Below, one piece after another: positions 48,701 through 59,620 of a stretch of DNA of 64,000 nucleotides (position 1 is its first letter; each line of letters starts with the position of its first letter). A program made the position numbers and the translations under genes. The DNA comes from Amoebophrya sp. A120. Taxonomy: Eukaryota > Protista > Dinoflagellata. Where the stretch lies: positions 7,246,989 through 7,310,988 of the forward strand of contig CAJINV010000005.1 in the NCBI GenBank assembly GCA_905178155.1, written 5' to 3'. Under the pieces are notes generated by a model that saw only the letters and a program-made list of their open reading frames with translations, was not told the DNA's origin and did not search any database.

Positions 48701-51700
48701 ATCCGCCGAGTGTACTAGTACTATTTATTTTGATTTCTGGAAAAATTTGTCATGCACACGGTGCCACAAGGTAGCAACTGGATTTCGGTTTTCGCATGAC
48801 AAATGAGGGGAAGGGCGGGGAGTTGTGCACTATCATAAAAAGCGTGGTCTCCTGGACGGAATTCCGGGACTTGTTTGTGTGGCCGGAAGACTACAGGAAA
48901 CACTGGTTTGAAGAAAGCATCCAGTATTATCACACAGCAGCTCCTCCCGTTGAACGTGAAGTACAACATGGTGGTGAGCATAGAGAACAAGTCGACGAAA
49001 CGGGACACTATCCCACAAAAAAAAACTGTTTCACTGTGATGGCTTCGCAAGATCTGCATCTTCACAAGTTTGCTACACATGACACAGAAAATTTGCCATG
49101 CGCGTTTCCCAAGGGCAAACACGCTTAAAAATCCATAGTGTTGCAGGTGTAGCAAGACACACACTTTGGTGTTCCGCTCTCTGCATCACAGGTTCACAGT
49201 GAAACAGTTTTTTCTCACGATAGACACACCCTGCTGATCACTGAGGAAGAGAAGCTCGGGATGCGGTTGGCTTTTCCGATATGGGGTTCTCAAACGTATC
49301 ATTCTCAACTGTTGCGTGAATTTGTCATGCAAAAGCACCATCATCATCCTCACGATCAAGCTGCTTCGCCCACCCCCCGGGGAGGGGATCCTTGACCTGT
49401 GGCGCTGGGAGCGGGTGTCCACTACATGATGATGATGATGATGATGAAGCTGCTCCGCATAACAAATTTGCGAAGGGCTAAACCGCGCCTAAATCTGTGT
49501 GGAATTTGTAATGCTACAGGCGCAAGAGCCTTTCCCTTTCACTTTTCCCATTCGTGCATCACAAATTCATGTAACAGTTGAGAATGTAACAGTTGAAAAC
49601 GCGGCCATATCCGAAGCCATTGGCGTATGACGAGGAAAAGCGGCGCTGGTTGTACGACCAAAGAACAGAAGATGATTCATCCATTTCTACCGCAGCAGGG
49701 TATGATCCTGCAGAGCAGGTAGAAGAAAGTCCTCTCTTTATCTCGCACAACAATCGCGGGCCGGCGCCCATCATTCGCATATGAAAGCCTCAGAATGGAA
49801 ATTCTCAAAGTGGGAAAAATTTGTGATGCATGAAATGCGACACCAAAAAGACTGTATTGCAGAGAACGCAATTTGGGGGCTGACTATTGTCCTTCTACGG
49901 GTTAAGAATTGGAGTGCTGATTAGCATGACAGAAACGCACCCCTTTGCCTGACTAGCATGACAGACACGCTTTGAGTGCCCGGGAAATTTGCCATGCGCC
50001 AACTAGAATAGGTGCTCCAACTAGAGTCGTTTTTTTGCATTTCAAATTATTTTCACCGTGAGGATTTCCAACGTGAGGCTTTCATATCGCACGCTCGAGC
50101 AGGAGGAGGAGTTGTTTGCGGATGTCAGTGAACACAGCTTCATCCCTATGCAAGAAAAAAACTGTGTAAAGTGTAACTCTGTAATGCAGAACATGCAACA
50201 GCGGGTTACGCCTGTCATGCCACACAGCCATGAAGTCTCTTTTTATGATGTGGGTTTTCTCTTACAAGCCACGCATGACAGGTTTTCTCTGTCATGTAGA
50301 GCAAATTTGTGATGCTGTCCGCCAAACAAGAAAGTTACACTTACACAGTTTTTTTCTTGCATAATCCGAAAGATGGACGAGAAGGAAAACCGATTTTACT
50401 ACCAGGTCGTCCGACCGCCCGGTAAAGCGTTTATGAGGGCTGTTTTTCCACCAGAACAGCATGAGCCACCAGATGAGTACTTTTTCCAGACGCCGAAGCA
50501 GGCGCATTTTTACAGCAATATGGCGCTCTCAAACGTTACATTCTCAACTGTTAATACATGAATTCGTCATGCAGTTTTACAATCAGAGTCGACACAGTCA
50601 AGCTGCTTTGCATGACAAATTCTCGAAGGGCCAAACGGGCTGAGAATCTGTGCCAAACCTGTAATGCGAAAGGCGCAATCTTTCCCCTTTCAGTTTTGCC
50701 ATTCTTGCATCACAAAAAGAATGTAGTACTTAATAGTTGAGAACGCCATAAGCAAATTTCGCTCCTGGTGGCTGGATTCGATCAAATTTGTCTATGACAA
50801 GCGCATTTCGGAAGACACGGCAACGAGCTCGCAGCAGTGTCTATACGGACTCTACACAGCGAACGTGATTAAGGCGCTCTGGGCCGCGGATACCGAATCA
50901 TCTGCCTTCCAAGCCTACGCCGAGCATGTCAATGGCATGTTTTTTGAGTCCCTGCACTTCCTATGAATTGCAAAAGCATGATCGCACTAGTTGTATAAAC
51001 TGCATTACAAATTGACTTAGGTAGGAGCATTACAAACTGAATTTGTAATGCGGATTGGCCTAAACAAAAAGATTTGCAATGCATACACGCAATTAGTACG
51101 AGTGCGATACGTTTGCGCTGCATACTTCCTGGGCGGTAGCAAGTGGCCCATTTTCGCCTTACTGGAGCACGGGAAATCCCTATCAACTGCAAATGTCCCT
51201 GGATGTCTGGACGAATGCAAGAACTTGTGATGCTATCTTTGGACTGATGAACATAAAATCTGTATTGCATGAACAGCAAAAGAGCTCCAGTTTTTGCTGC
51301 GCCGAGAGAGCATTTCATCTCATGGGGTATGAGCATGATCAGAAAGCCGTCGCAGAAGCTGTGAAGATGCTACGTCAAGCATCACAGACATCGCGGGTCA
51401 TGGAAAATATGCATGACAAACCTGGCACTACTTCTTTCCCAGACCGAGACATATTTGCACTGCATAATCCCTGCGGCGGCACAAGTTTGACCTGGATTTT
51501 TCCCGGGGCGAGCTGGATCTGATATGGCATTCTCAATTGTTACATTCTCAACTGTTGCATGAATTTGTGATGCAAGAATGGCAACAGGAAAAGGCCGGAT
51601 CTTGCAACTCTTGCATTACAAATTCGGCACAGATTCCCATGCTGTTTAGGTTTTCCAAAATTTGCCATGCGAGGCAGCTTCACTGTGTGGACGTTGATGC

Positions 51701-54700
51701 TCATCTTGCATGACAAATTCATGTAACAGTTGAGAATGTAACGTTTGAGAACACCATATCTGATATGGAAAGACTCGGGTCCCTGGCTGCAGTCCCTCGG
51801 TGTGGAGGAACACGGGGCGAAGATCCTGGGGTATCCTGTATAAAAACGTCCCCACCCCAGGGTTGTCATGCAAATGTGCAATGACAGCAACATTTGTAGT
51901 AACGCGCATCTCCTTGAGAGGCATTTCCAGTCCGTGCTTTGGAATTTGCAATGCTGTAAACAGGAAGAGTAAATGGCTTTCTCATGCGGCTTTCCTTGCT
52001 AACCAGCGCTACACTGCAAATGGAAACTTGTCATGCAGATCTCCCAAAGCTTGGAGATTTGTGTTGCAGTTTTCCCACCTTGACTATGGTGCGGGGGCGT
52101 TTTTACGTAGGATATGGGGAGTTTCATCGGCAGTGCTCTTTCCGACCAGGACGTTTTGGCGAGGCCCGAGGGGAAAATGCGGGACGAGATGATTATATCA
52201 AAGAACCCAGAGAGAATAATTGCTACTACCTCAACACGAGCTGCAGGACTAAAAACAGCGAGCTACTTCTCCCATCGCGATTCCCACTACGGGTGGCGTC
52301 CTTCCTTTGTGGATATGCATTGCAAAAGTATCGTAGTACTCGTATAAATGCATTACAAATTTTCTCAGCATGAGAAATGAAATTTGTCATGCTGATTTAC
52401 CTTAAGAAAAATATTTGTGATGCAAGACCTGCATTTATACGAGTACGATACTTTTGCACTGGATAGTGGAGCTGGTCCGGCAAATTACGGGGGCGGTGTA
52501 CTACAATGAAAATACCCCCACCCCAGCACTTGGGAGCATTTGTATTGCAAACCCTTCCAAATGAAACACTCGCCCTCTTGCATCTATCAGCGTCACAGAT
52601 TTTCGATCGTGAATTATAGCAAAAATCTGTATTGCAAAAAATCGCAGGAAGAGTGGCGCTCGTCATGCAAGCGATGCTAAATACGCCTAGAAGACTCTGC
52701 ATCAGAAAGATTCATAGTCCTTTCCTGCAAGACAGAGGGCTTTCACTTGGAGACTTTGCATGAGAAACTTCTGCAAATTCAGGGGTGGGGGTATTTTCCA
52801 CTTTGATACGGTACTGCAGGACGGGAAAAACCGGGAAACCGGCAGACGGCTGCTATACGTGTCCTTCGTGTACGGAAAGTACAAAAAATACATCGCCGGA
52901 TGGACCCGCCGGCTCAAGGCGTTGCGCATGACGAACTTCCTCTTCTATTGCTTGGATTGGGACACGTACGCGGAATGCGAGAGGGTCGGCGACAGGGAGT
53001 TTAGAAGTCCGTCATCATCATCCTCAGAGTCCTCGTGGTCCTCGACAGGAAATAATATTCTTGTTTCTCCACCACGGCCACGGTGTGCCATCGGGGAAAC
53101 CATTTCGTCCTATCCTGAGTAAAAACGTACCCACACCAGAGTCAGGATGAGGATGTTGCAACACAAACCTAGGAGTTTTGTGAGTCACGCATGACAAGTC
53201 GCACTATGCAGCGTAGTGCAGGTTAGCAAGTGCAGCCGCATCACAGATTCATCTGCTCATCCTGTTCACAGCATGACAAATTCCAAAGCACGATTGGAAA
53301 TGGCTCTCATGGGGATGCGCATTACAAGTCTTCCTGTCTTTGCAAATCTGCATTACAACTCTGGCGTGGGTACGTTTTTACTCAGGATACGTCCCTCAAC
53401 AAGTTCACGATCGTTTTGACGGCACTGCAACTCTATGCATTGCAAAAGTACTATCGTACCAACTAGAAGGAGTAACCGCATTACAAATGAGCTAGGCATG
53501 ACAAATGGAATTTGTAATGCTGTTTTAGCATAGGAGGAAGATCTGTCATGCAAATCCGCAACTGGTTTTGGGTTTAGGACGAGCGCGATACTTGTTTTGC
53601 AATGCATCAGCTCGGGTTTGACGTTTTCTGGGTGGATTTGGACGCGTATAACATTGCACAACTCCCCCTCCCCCTCATTTGTATGGCACGACGAGCAGCA
53701 AGACAAACACCAAAAAACATGGGGCCTGTGCGTGACAAATTTATATGCAGCCTAAAAATGTAGTACTGATTGCACTTCCGGAATTTGTCATGCAAACAGT
53801 GCCAGAAGGGAGCAATTGGATTCGGGTTTTTTCATGACAAATGAGGGGGAGGGGGAGTTGTGCACTCTCATAGCGCGTACCTGGTGCAAGATCCGACAGA
53901 AGACGTTTACGCCACGTTGGAACTCGGGATGAAGACCGCTTCATCTGCGTTGAATGAAGATTCTCACAAAGATGACGATTTCGACTTCAGCAAGCGGTAC
54001 AAGGACTGGGCACATATGGGGCTCTCAAACGTCACATTCTCAACTGTTACATGATTTGTCATGCAACATTCCCATAAGTCGCCAGAAGATGATTAAGGTG
54101 CTTTGCATCACAAATTCTCGAAGGGGTACTTAAACAGCATCTAAATCTGTTGCAAATAATTTGTGATGCGAGACTCGCAAGCTTGCCCCTTTCCATATTG
54201 CTCTTCTTGCATCACAGATTCCTCGTGTAACAGTTGAGAAGGTAACCGATTTGAGAACGCCATAGCACAACGGTCAGACGTTGGGCTCTACCCCCTGCAC
54301 GGAGACGCCTACTCCCTGCTCACGCTGTATGAAACTGTCAGGATTGAAATTGACAAAGTTGAAATGATTTGTCATGCATAAAATGGATGCCAGTCGGAAG
54401 CCCACTTATCAAGCGGCGCATGACAAATTTTCATAGCACCGGAATCCAGTTTGTCATGCTGTTTGGTTACAGAAGACTGCTTTTGTCATGCTACTTTAGC
54501 AGCTCTATTTCAAACCCTAAACAGGCTCACAATCGACCTCCCTTGCCTACTCTGCAAGACAGGCATTTTGTGGGCTGCATTTTATGCATCACAAACTAAA
54601 TTTCAACTTTGACGATTTCAATCCTGACGCTTCCATACGCTGGAAGGAATGAAAAATGACGCAAATACGGAGCGCGCGGGCCGCGCAGCAGCAGCTCTGT

Positions 54701-57279
54701 CATCCTCGTCGACGGGCACTAATGGCAGAAGTAGAAAGTGTCCAGCAGCAGGAGCTGGTGGAAGAACTACAAATCGAAATCGCCCAGACAAAAGCACAAC
54801 ACGAAGATCACAGCAGATGAAGAAAACCACGGAGAATGAAAGTGAAACTATGCAGGGCGACCTGTCGGCAAAATCAAAAATACAACGGGGAATAACAAGA
54901 AACAGCCGCGCAGAACCGTTTGAGATGCTGATCTCTTACTCTTTTATCTCAGACTGCATCTGCAACGGCTTTTTCTTCATGAAAAGCACGCCAAGAATGG
55001 ATAGGGAATACAAAATCTCCGTGGTTGTACCTACACGTACTGCAAGATGCATAGACAAATTGTTCTGCCAAGAATCCCAAGCATGAGGGGCCCGAGACTT
55101 GTCATGCCGAATGACTTTAGGTAAATATTTTGTCATGGAGTAACAGCATCTGTAAGTCGTGTACGGGAAGTTTACGTGTGGATAAGGTAGGAATGGATGA
55201 AACAGCTGATCATCTGGCTCTACCACCATCCATATGAGCACTATCGAGAGCAAACATGTCTGGGTCTGGAAGGGTGGAACTTGTAATGCTGTCTTTGGAT
55301 CCTGCAAAAAATCTGTAGTGCGCATGCAGCACGAGGAGTCCAGTTCTTGCTACGCGGACCGGGCATTTCTCACGCGGTATAGGCATCAGCAAGCGCTCAC
55401 AAAATTTGCGATGCTAGGACATGCATAACAGACATTAACATTATGGGGCATGCAAAATGTGCATGACAAGTTTTGCATTCTTCCCGGCGACCCAGACACA
55501 TTTGCAAGGCATAAGCACGACCAGCGCGCAATGTCGGCCTTTCTAAACTACACCGAGAAAGTCGCGTTTCCAAAGCATGTGGAAGAAGATCTTCATGGAA
55601 GTAGCGGTGCTGAAACAATAGGAGATGGCGACAACTTGGGACAAGTGGACGACGCAGGTGAGTCTACTTTTTGCAGCGAACAAGGCGACGACGAAGTGGT
55701 CGAAAAGATGGCTGTGAACGAAGAAACCGGGGCAGATGAACCCCCTCCTGAAGAGACACCATCAGCTGCGACAAAAAACAAACAACACCTCTGGTATCCG
55801 CCCGAGGTTCCGCATATGGATCTCTCAAATCGGTTACCTTCTCAAGTGTTACATGATTTGTCATGCAAAATGCGCATCAGCATCCACACGATGAAGCTAT
55901 TTCGCATGACAAATTTTTGAAGGGCTAAGCAGCATGAAAATCTGTGCCAAATTTGCAATGCGAGAGGTGCAAGCTCCCTTCTTTTGCTTTTCCTTTTCTT
56001 GCGTCACAAATTTCTGTAACCGTTGAGAATGTATTAACATTTGAGAACGCCATACCGCACTGGTTTGTGTTCGAACCAAACAACAAATATGTCAACTATC
56101 CTGTTGTGAAACTCCGATCACTTCTTCCTTGATGCGCACCTCCGTCAATGGGGCATCAAGATGCATTTATGATTTTTCATGCGTTTATTTGAACTTCATC
56201 TGGAGTTTATGTTTATCCCCATAAGAATGCCCTTTCTCTGCCAACTATACTAGTCACGGTGTGTAGTTCTTCAAGTTGAAGTTCTTCGATTTCCTCAGGA
56301 TAGCCCCTGGCCGTATTGGACCGGGAAGATGGATGAAATTTTGTTGATCCACTTTCTCTATCCTGTGCAAAAGTATCGTACTCGTATTGCAATCATGCAT
56401 TACAAATCTTGTTCTCAAGGTAAATCCGCATTACAAATTTCATTTCTAATGCTGGGGAAATTTGTAATGCATTTATACGAGTACGATGCTTTTGCAATGC
56501 ATATTCTCGACGGCAGCGCCTACAGTCTCTACGGTCGGGGGGATTGGGATGCTAGCATCCCGGTCGTGGCGGAGCATTCTGCAGCATCTACCTCCTCAGG
56601 CCCGACGGATCAGCATCCTGCAGCTGCAACAGGTAGTGTGGATGCGTCGAGTAGTCAGGAAAGAATAGGTTCCTCCGGACCCGGAGCTGCTAGCGCACCA
56701 ATAGACGTCGAAGATGAACCGCTCGTATTCACAGAAAAAACTACCTACTTTTCCCATCTATTTTAGCATGACAAAAACAGTGCACGCTTCATGCTCTGCA
56801 TTACAAATTGGATCGGGCGAAAAGGTGTAGTTTCTTCAGTCCATACCCCGACGGGAGGATGTTAGACACTTTCTACGAAGATTTGGACAGCTACAGTCGC
56901 AGGTTTTCCGGTCGGGAAATACGCGTGGAGCAAGGAGATGAAGAATCCTTATCTTCCGCGCTCGCTTTAACCCCGAAGATGAAGCGGCTGCTACAGAGAG
57001 CCCGGGAGCCGGAAATTGTCGGGACTCGGCAGATATTCACCGCAAATAAAGTATCGCACTCGTAGTAAGCGCAACCTTGCATCACAAATTTGTTTGTTCA
57101 CCTCAATCTGCTTGACAAATTACATTATATTCATCGCGCGAAAATTAGTGATGCTATTGCTACTAGTACGATGCTTTTGCAATGCATAGCAGAAATGCGG
57201 TATCCTGCCCAACGTCCACTCGGCGCACGAAGGAGTTGGGTGGCTGGACGCGGAGGTGCGGAGGGTGTATCCGATGTAA
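45790..57279 (+). CDS. Nucleotide-diphospho-sugar transferase (Nucleotid_trans / GT77-like), type II membrane protein, ~32 exons
   Basis: N-terminal hydrophobic ALFLLLLLLQLTLEII. Spliced core reads LNKFTIVLTALQLGFDVFWVDLDAYLVQDP (DxD), CICNGFFFMKST, WLYHHPYEHDQRAMSAFLNY and LIHFLDGS; ends RRVYPM* at 57279. Confidence 0.8.
46343..46599. mobile_element. Introner, family A
   Basis: Terminal IR TATCAAATGC...GCATTTGATA. Confidence 0.85.
46645..46921. mobile_element. Introner, family A
   Basis: Terminal IR; CCCGT duplicated. Confidence 0.9.
47076..47335. mobile_element. Introner, family A
   Basis: Terminal IR; GAAAG duplicated. Confidence 0.9.
47387..47708. mobile_element. Introner, family D
   Basis: Terminal IR; GCTA duplicated. 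Confidence 0.85.
47793..47908. mobile_element. Introner, family C (diverged)
   Basis: TATCCAGAAAAAAAC...GCTTTTTTATGGATA. Confidence 0.75.
47957..48266. mobile_element. Introner, family E
   Basis: Terminal IR; TTCA duplicated. Confidence 0.85.
48317..48525. mobile_element. Introner, family F (TATCCCAC.AAAAAACTGTTTCACTGT)
   Basis: Terminal IR; CAACA duplicated. Confidence 0.9.
48604..48837. mobile_element. Introner, family G (TATGA.AGTGCACAAC)
   Basis: Terminal IR; AAAAG duplicated; homologous to 53647-53872. Confidence 0.9.
49009..49222. mobile_element. Introner, family F
   Basis: Terminal IR; GACAC duplicated. Confidence 0.9.
49280..49609. mobile_element. Introner, family H (TATGG.GTTCTCAAAC..ATTCTCAACTGTT)
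   Basis: Terminal IR; TCCGA duplicated. Confidence 0.85.
49780..50086. mobile_element. Introner, family E-related (TATGAAAGCCTCA)
   Basis: Terminal IR; TCGCA duplicated. Confidence 0.9.
50147..50363. mobile_element. Introner, family F-related (TATGCAAGAAAAAAACTGTGTAA)
   Basis: Terminal IR; ATCC duplicated. Confidence 0.9.
50519..50750. mobile_element. Introner, family H
   Basis: Terminal IR; AGCAA duplicated. Confidence 0.9.
50962..51124. mobile_element. Introner, family B
   Basis: Terminal IR; CTTCC duplicated. Confidence 0.85.
51181..51466. mobile_element. Introner, family A
   Basis: Terminal IR; ATCCC duplicated; frame restored. Confidence 0.85.
51523..51758. mobile_element. Introner, family H (opposite orientation to 50519)
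   Basis: Terminal IR; TCTGA duplicated; frame restored. Confidence 0.9.
51832..52114. mobile_element. Introner, family D
   Basis: Terminal IR; TGGGG duplicated. Confidence 0.9.
52314..52465. mobile_element. Introner, family B
   Basis: Terminal IR; GTGGA duplicated. Confidence 0.9.
52499..52808. mobile_element. Introner, further family (GAAAATACCCCCACCCC IR)
   Basis: Subterminal 17 bp IR; CGGT duplicated; frame restored. Confidence 0.8.
53111..53389. mobile_element. Introner, family D
   Basis: TATCCTGAGTAAAAACGTACCCAC perfect IR; CGTCC duplicated. Confidence 0.92.
53434..53608. mobile_element. Introner, family B
   Basis: Terminal IR; AACTC/AGCTC flanks. Confidence 0.85.
53647..53872. mobile_element. 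Introner, family G
   Basis: Terminal IR; ACGCG/GCGCG flanks. Confidence 0.85.
54015..54264. mobile_element. Introner, family H
   Basis: Terminal IR; GCACA duplicated. Confidence 0.9.
54328..54637. mobile_element. Introner, family E
   Basis: Terminal IR; CGCTG duplicated. Confidence 0.9.
55242..55513. mobile_element. Introner, family A
   Basis: AGCAC duplicated; removal joins YEH-DQ. Confidence 0.9.
55815..56054. mobile_element. Introner, family H
   Basis: Terminal IR; CCGCA duplicated. Confidence 0.9.
56359..56503. mobile_element. Introner, family B
   Basis: Terminal IR; TTCTC duplicated; removal joins IHFL-DGS. Confidence 0.92.
57034..57188. mobile_element. Introner, family B (diverged)
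   Basis: GCAGA duplicated; right end TTTTGCAATGCATA. Confidence 0.8.
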
Positions 57280-58372
57280 AGACGAAGAAGGCTACTTTGA
57301 TGTCGGGAATCGGAAATGCGGAAGGCGAGGGGACAACGAAAAGCTAAAGACGCTGACGCTGAGGCAGTACGAAGGAACAGACGAAGGAAGAGAAATTGAG
57401 CACGTTCACGTTCAAGATTGTTCACCCTACACAGCAGACGCACAAGAAGTTCAAATGAAAGCAAATAACCTGAGTAGCAATTATTAAAACGAAAAGATAT
57501 AATCAGTACTTCAAAATGAAAATCACACTCACATGATTGTTCGAGCGACGAGGGAGAGAAGAAAGAAGAAAGAAGAATTGGAAGCGGGAGTTTCCAGCTG
57601 AGCACAACAAGCAAGCTAAAATTCTTTACTTTGAACGAGTCAGAGTCCAAGTAGGTGTGACCTACTTGTTCTTGACCACGCTCTGGACAGCTTCTTCCAC
57701 CAGTGTGAATCACCCAGGATTTTCAAAAACAAGTGTTTTGCTCCTTCAGTTTTGTTTTTTCTTTTGCTCATTACATTCGCTGTCCACCGGCGCGTGGTCG
57801 TTAAAGGTGGAAGTATTTTTTCCTCGTTTATGATTGAAGATGATCAGCATCAGATTCATTTGCACACGACAGATCGTTTGCGTGCGGGTTTTGACCGTCA
57901 ACGTCACCGAGTTGGAGGTTCGGTTGGCATTGAGACGATGGACGTGTGTAGAACAAGGGGCTCCAGTGGCAGCAGAGTATGGCGATCACCACCGTATGTG
58001 GTGGACAAGGATGTTTTGGTGGAGGATCAAGAGGACTACATCGATCATTGGGGCAATGAAGGATCAAAAAAACAGAGGAAGTGGAAGAAGCATTGATGGC
58101 TTTATTCTCGCTGTTGTACGATGATCCAAGTACGATACGTAGATACCACTCGTAGACGAGAGGCGGTGGATATGGTGCTTGTATTGCGACAGAAGTTGTT
58201 GAAGTACCAGTTGCAGTAGATCGCGGCTAAGTCTGGAGAGTATACGGCTGCTTCGTCCAGCATACGGACGGCGACAAGTGTGTAATACACGAAACACCAT
58301 TTGCGGATTAATTCATAATTACATACAACAAGAGCTTATTTTCTAGTACTACAACCAGAACGCGACCACAAG

Positions 58373-59458
58373 ATGCGACCCTCGAAACTCGTTTTCGGTG
58401 CCAGCATGGAACAAAGCTGCACCACGATGGGAGAACCTGCATCAGGAGTTACAACCCGAAGAGCAGCAGCAGCTACACTTTGCCAGCAGGGCTTGTACAA
58501 GTTTACGAAACGCAGCCACCGGCTAAAGCGGCTACAGGCCGCACGATCGAAGTTTTTGGTGGAAAGATTGAATGCGGGTACTTTCAAGCTAAACTTGGAC
58601 TTGCTAAAAAACTCCGCATCTACTGTATCTTCAACATCGTCATGCAGCAATTTGCAAAGAGGACCTGATCTTCCAGAAGTCGGAGCGTCGACGTCCTCAG
58701 AGCTAACGAGAAATCTTCAGACTTGGATTGAGAACTACACGTATCCAAGACTACTAGATAGCTTTCCATTTCTTGATGTCTCCTTGTCAAGAAGCAACAA
58801 GTGCAGGAAGAAGGCGGAGGAGCTTCGAAATTTGGTATGCATTGCAAAAATGTCTGGGTCTGGAAGAATACAAACTTGTAATGCGCTTTTCAGAACACAG
58901 AAAAATCTCTCATGCATAGGTAGCAAAAGCTGCCCACTTTCTGTCACCAAATTGGGGGACTTGTCACGCGGATTCGGCATGGCAGAAGCTTCTCGACGAA
59001 ACCTGTGATGCTAGAGCTTCCATGCCAGACCTTCTGCGTCATGCAAAAACAGCATGACTCTTCCAGACCCAGACACTTTTACATCATTTGATATCTGGTG
59101 CAGCAGGGCAACTACCACCGTGTGGAGCAGATTTTGGAAAAATGGACGAGCAACTACATTGAAGATCATGATGACGAAACTACAAGCGCAACGAAGTTGC
59201 TGAAGAAAAATGCAGGAGACGAACTAGAAATCCCGTTTCTGGAACTGCTCCAGATTCTCGCACTACAGGGAGAAAATAGTTGCTCTAGCACGCCTGTTCT
59301 GAACACGTACGAAGGGCTCATCTGCAACCACCACGATGAAGTAGACACCTCAATATCGACAGCATCAGGTGCAGCCGGAGCAACGGCCATCAGCACTACT
59401 GCAGCCGAGAAGCTGGTGTTGCGAAACGTCGATAAAGTCCGCTTGGAGCTACTCGCCT
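58373..59458 (+). CDS. 5' part of a hypothetical protein gene (2 exons seen; remainder lies beyond the retroelement)
   Basis: ORF 58373 joins ORF 59098 in frame (ELRNLV-QQGNYH) after removing introner 58836-59093. Confidence 0.65.
58836..59093. mobile_element. Introner, family A
   Basis: Terminal IR; TTTGG/TCTGG flanks. Confidence 0.85.
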
Positions 59459-59620
59459 TATCAACTGTAAAAATGTCTGGGTCTGGAAGAATCCGACTTG
59501 TCATGCTGATTTTGGATTCCAAAAAAATCTGTACTGCATGAGCAGCAAAGAGAGTCCAAGTTTTGCTACACGGAAAGAGCATTTGTCATGCGGTATAGGC
59601 ATCAGGAAGCCCTCACAAAA
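59459..59620. mobile_element. Left part of a family A introner, interrupted
   Basis: Colinear with 3918-4082 and 31269-31430, then homology stops at CCTCACAAAA. Confidence 0.85.

Noticed and set aside
3559-59582. Many ORFs sharing KMSGSG / LPDPDIFA / HDK / FVM peptides as a protein family
   Set aside because: They are translations of introner terminal repeats and the GCATNACAAA motif, not genes.
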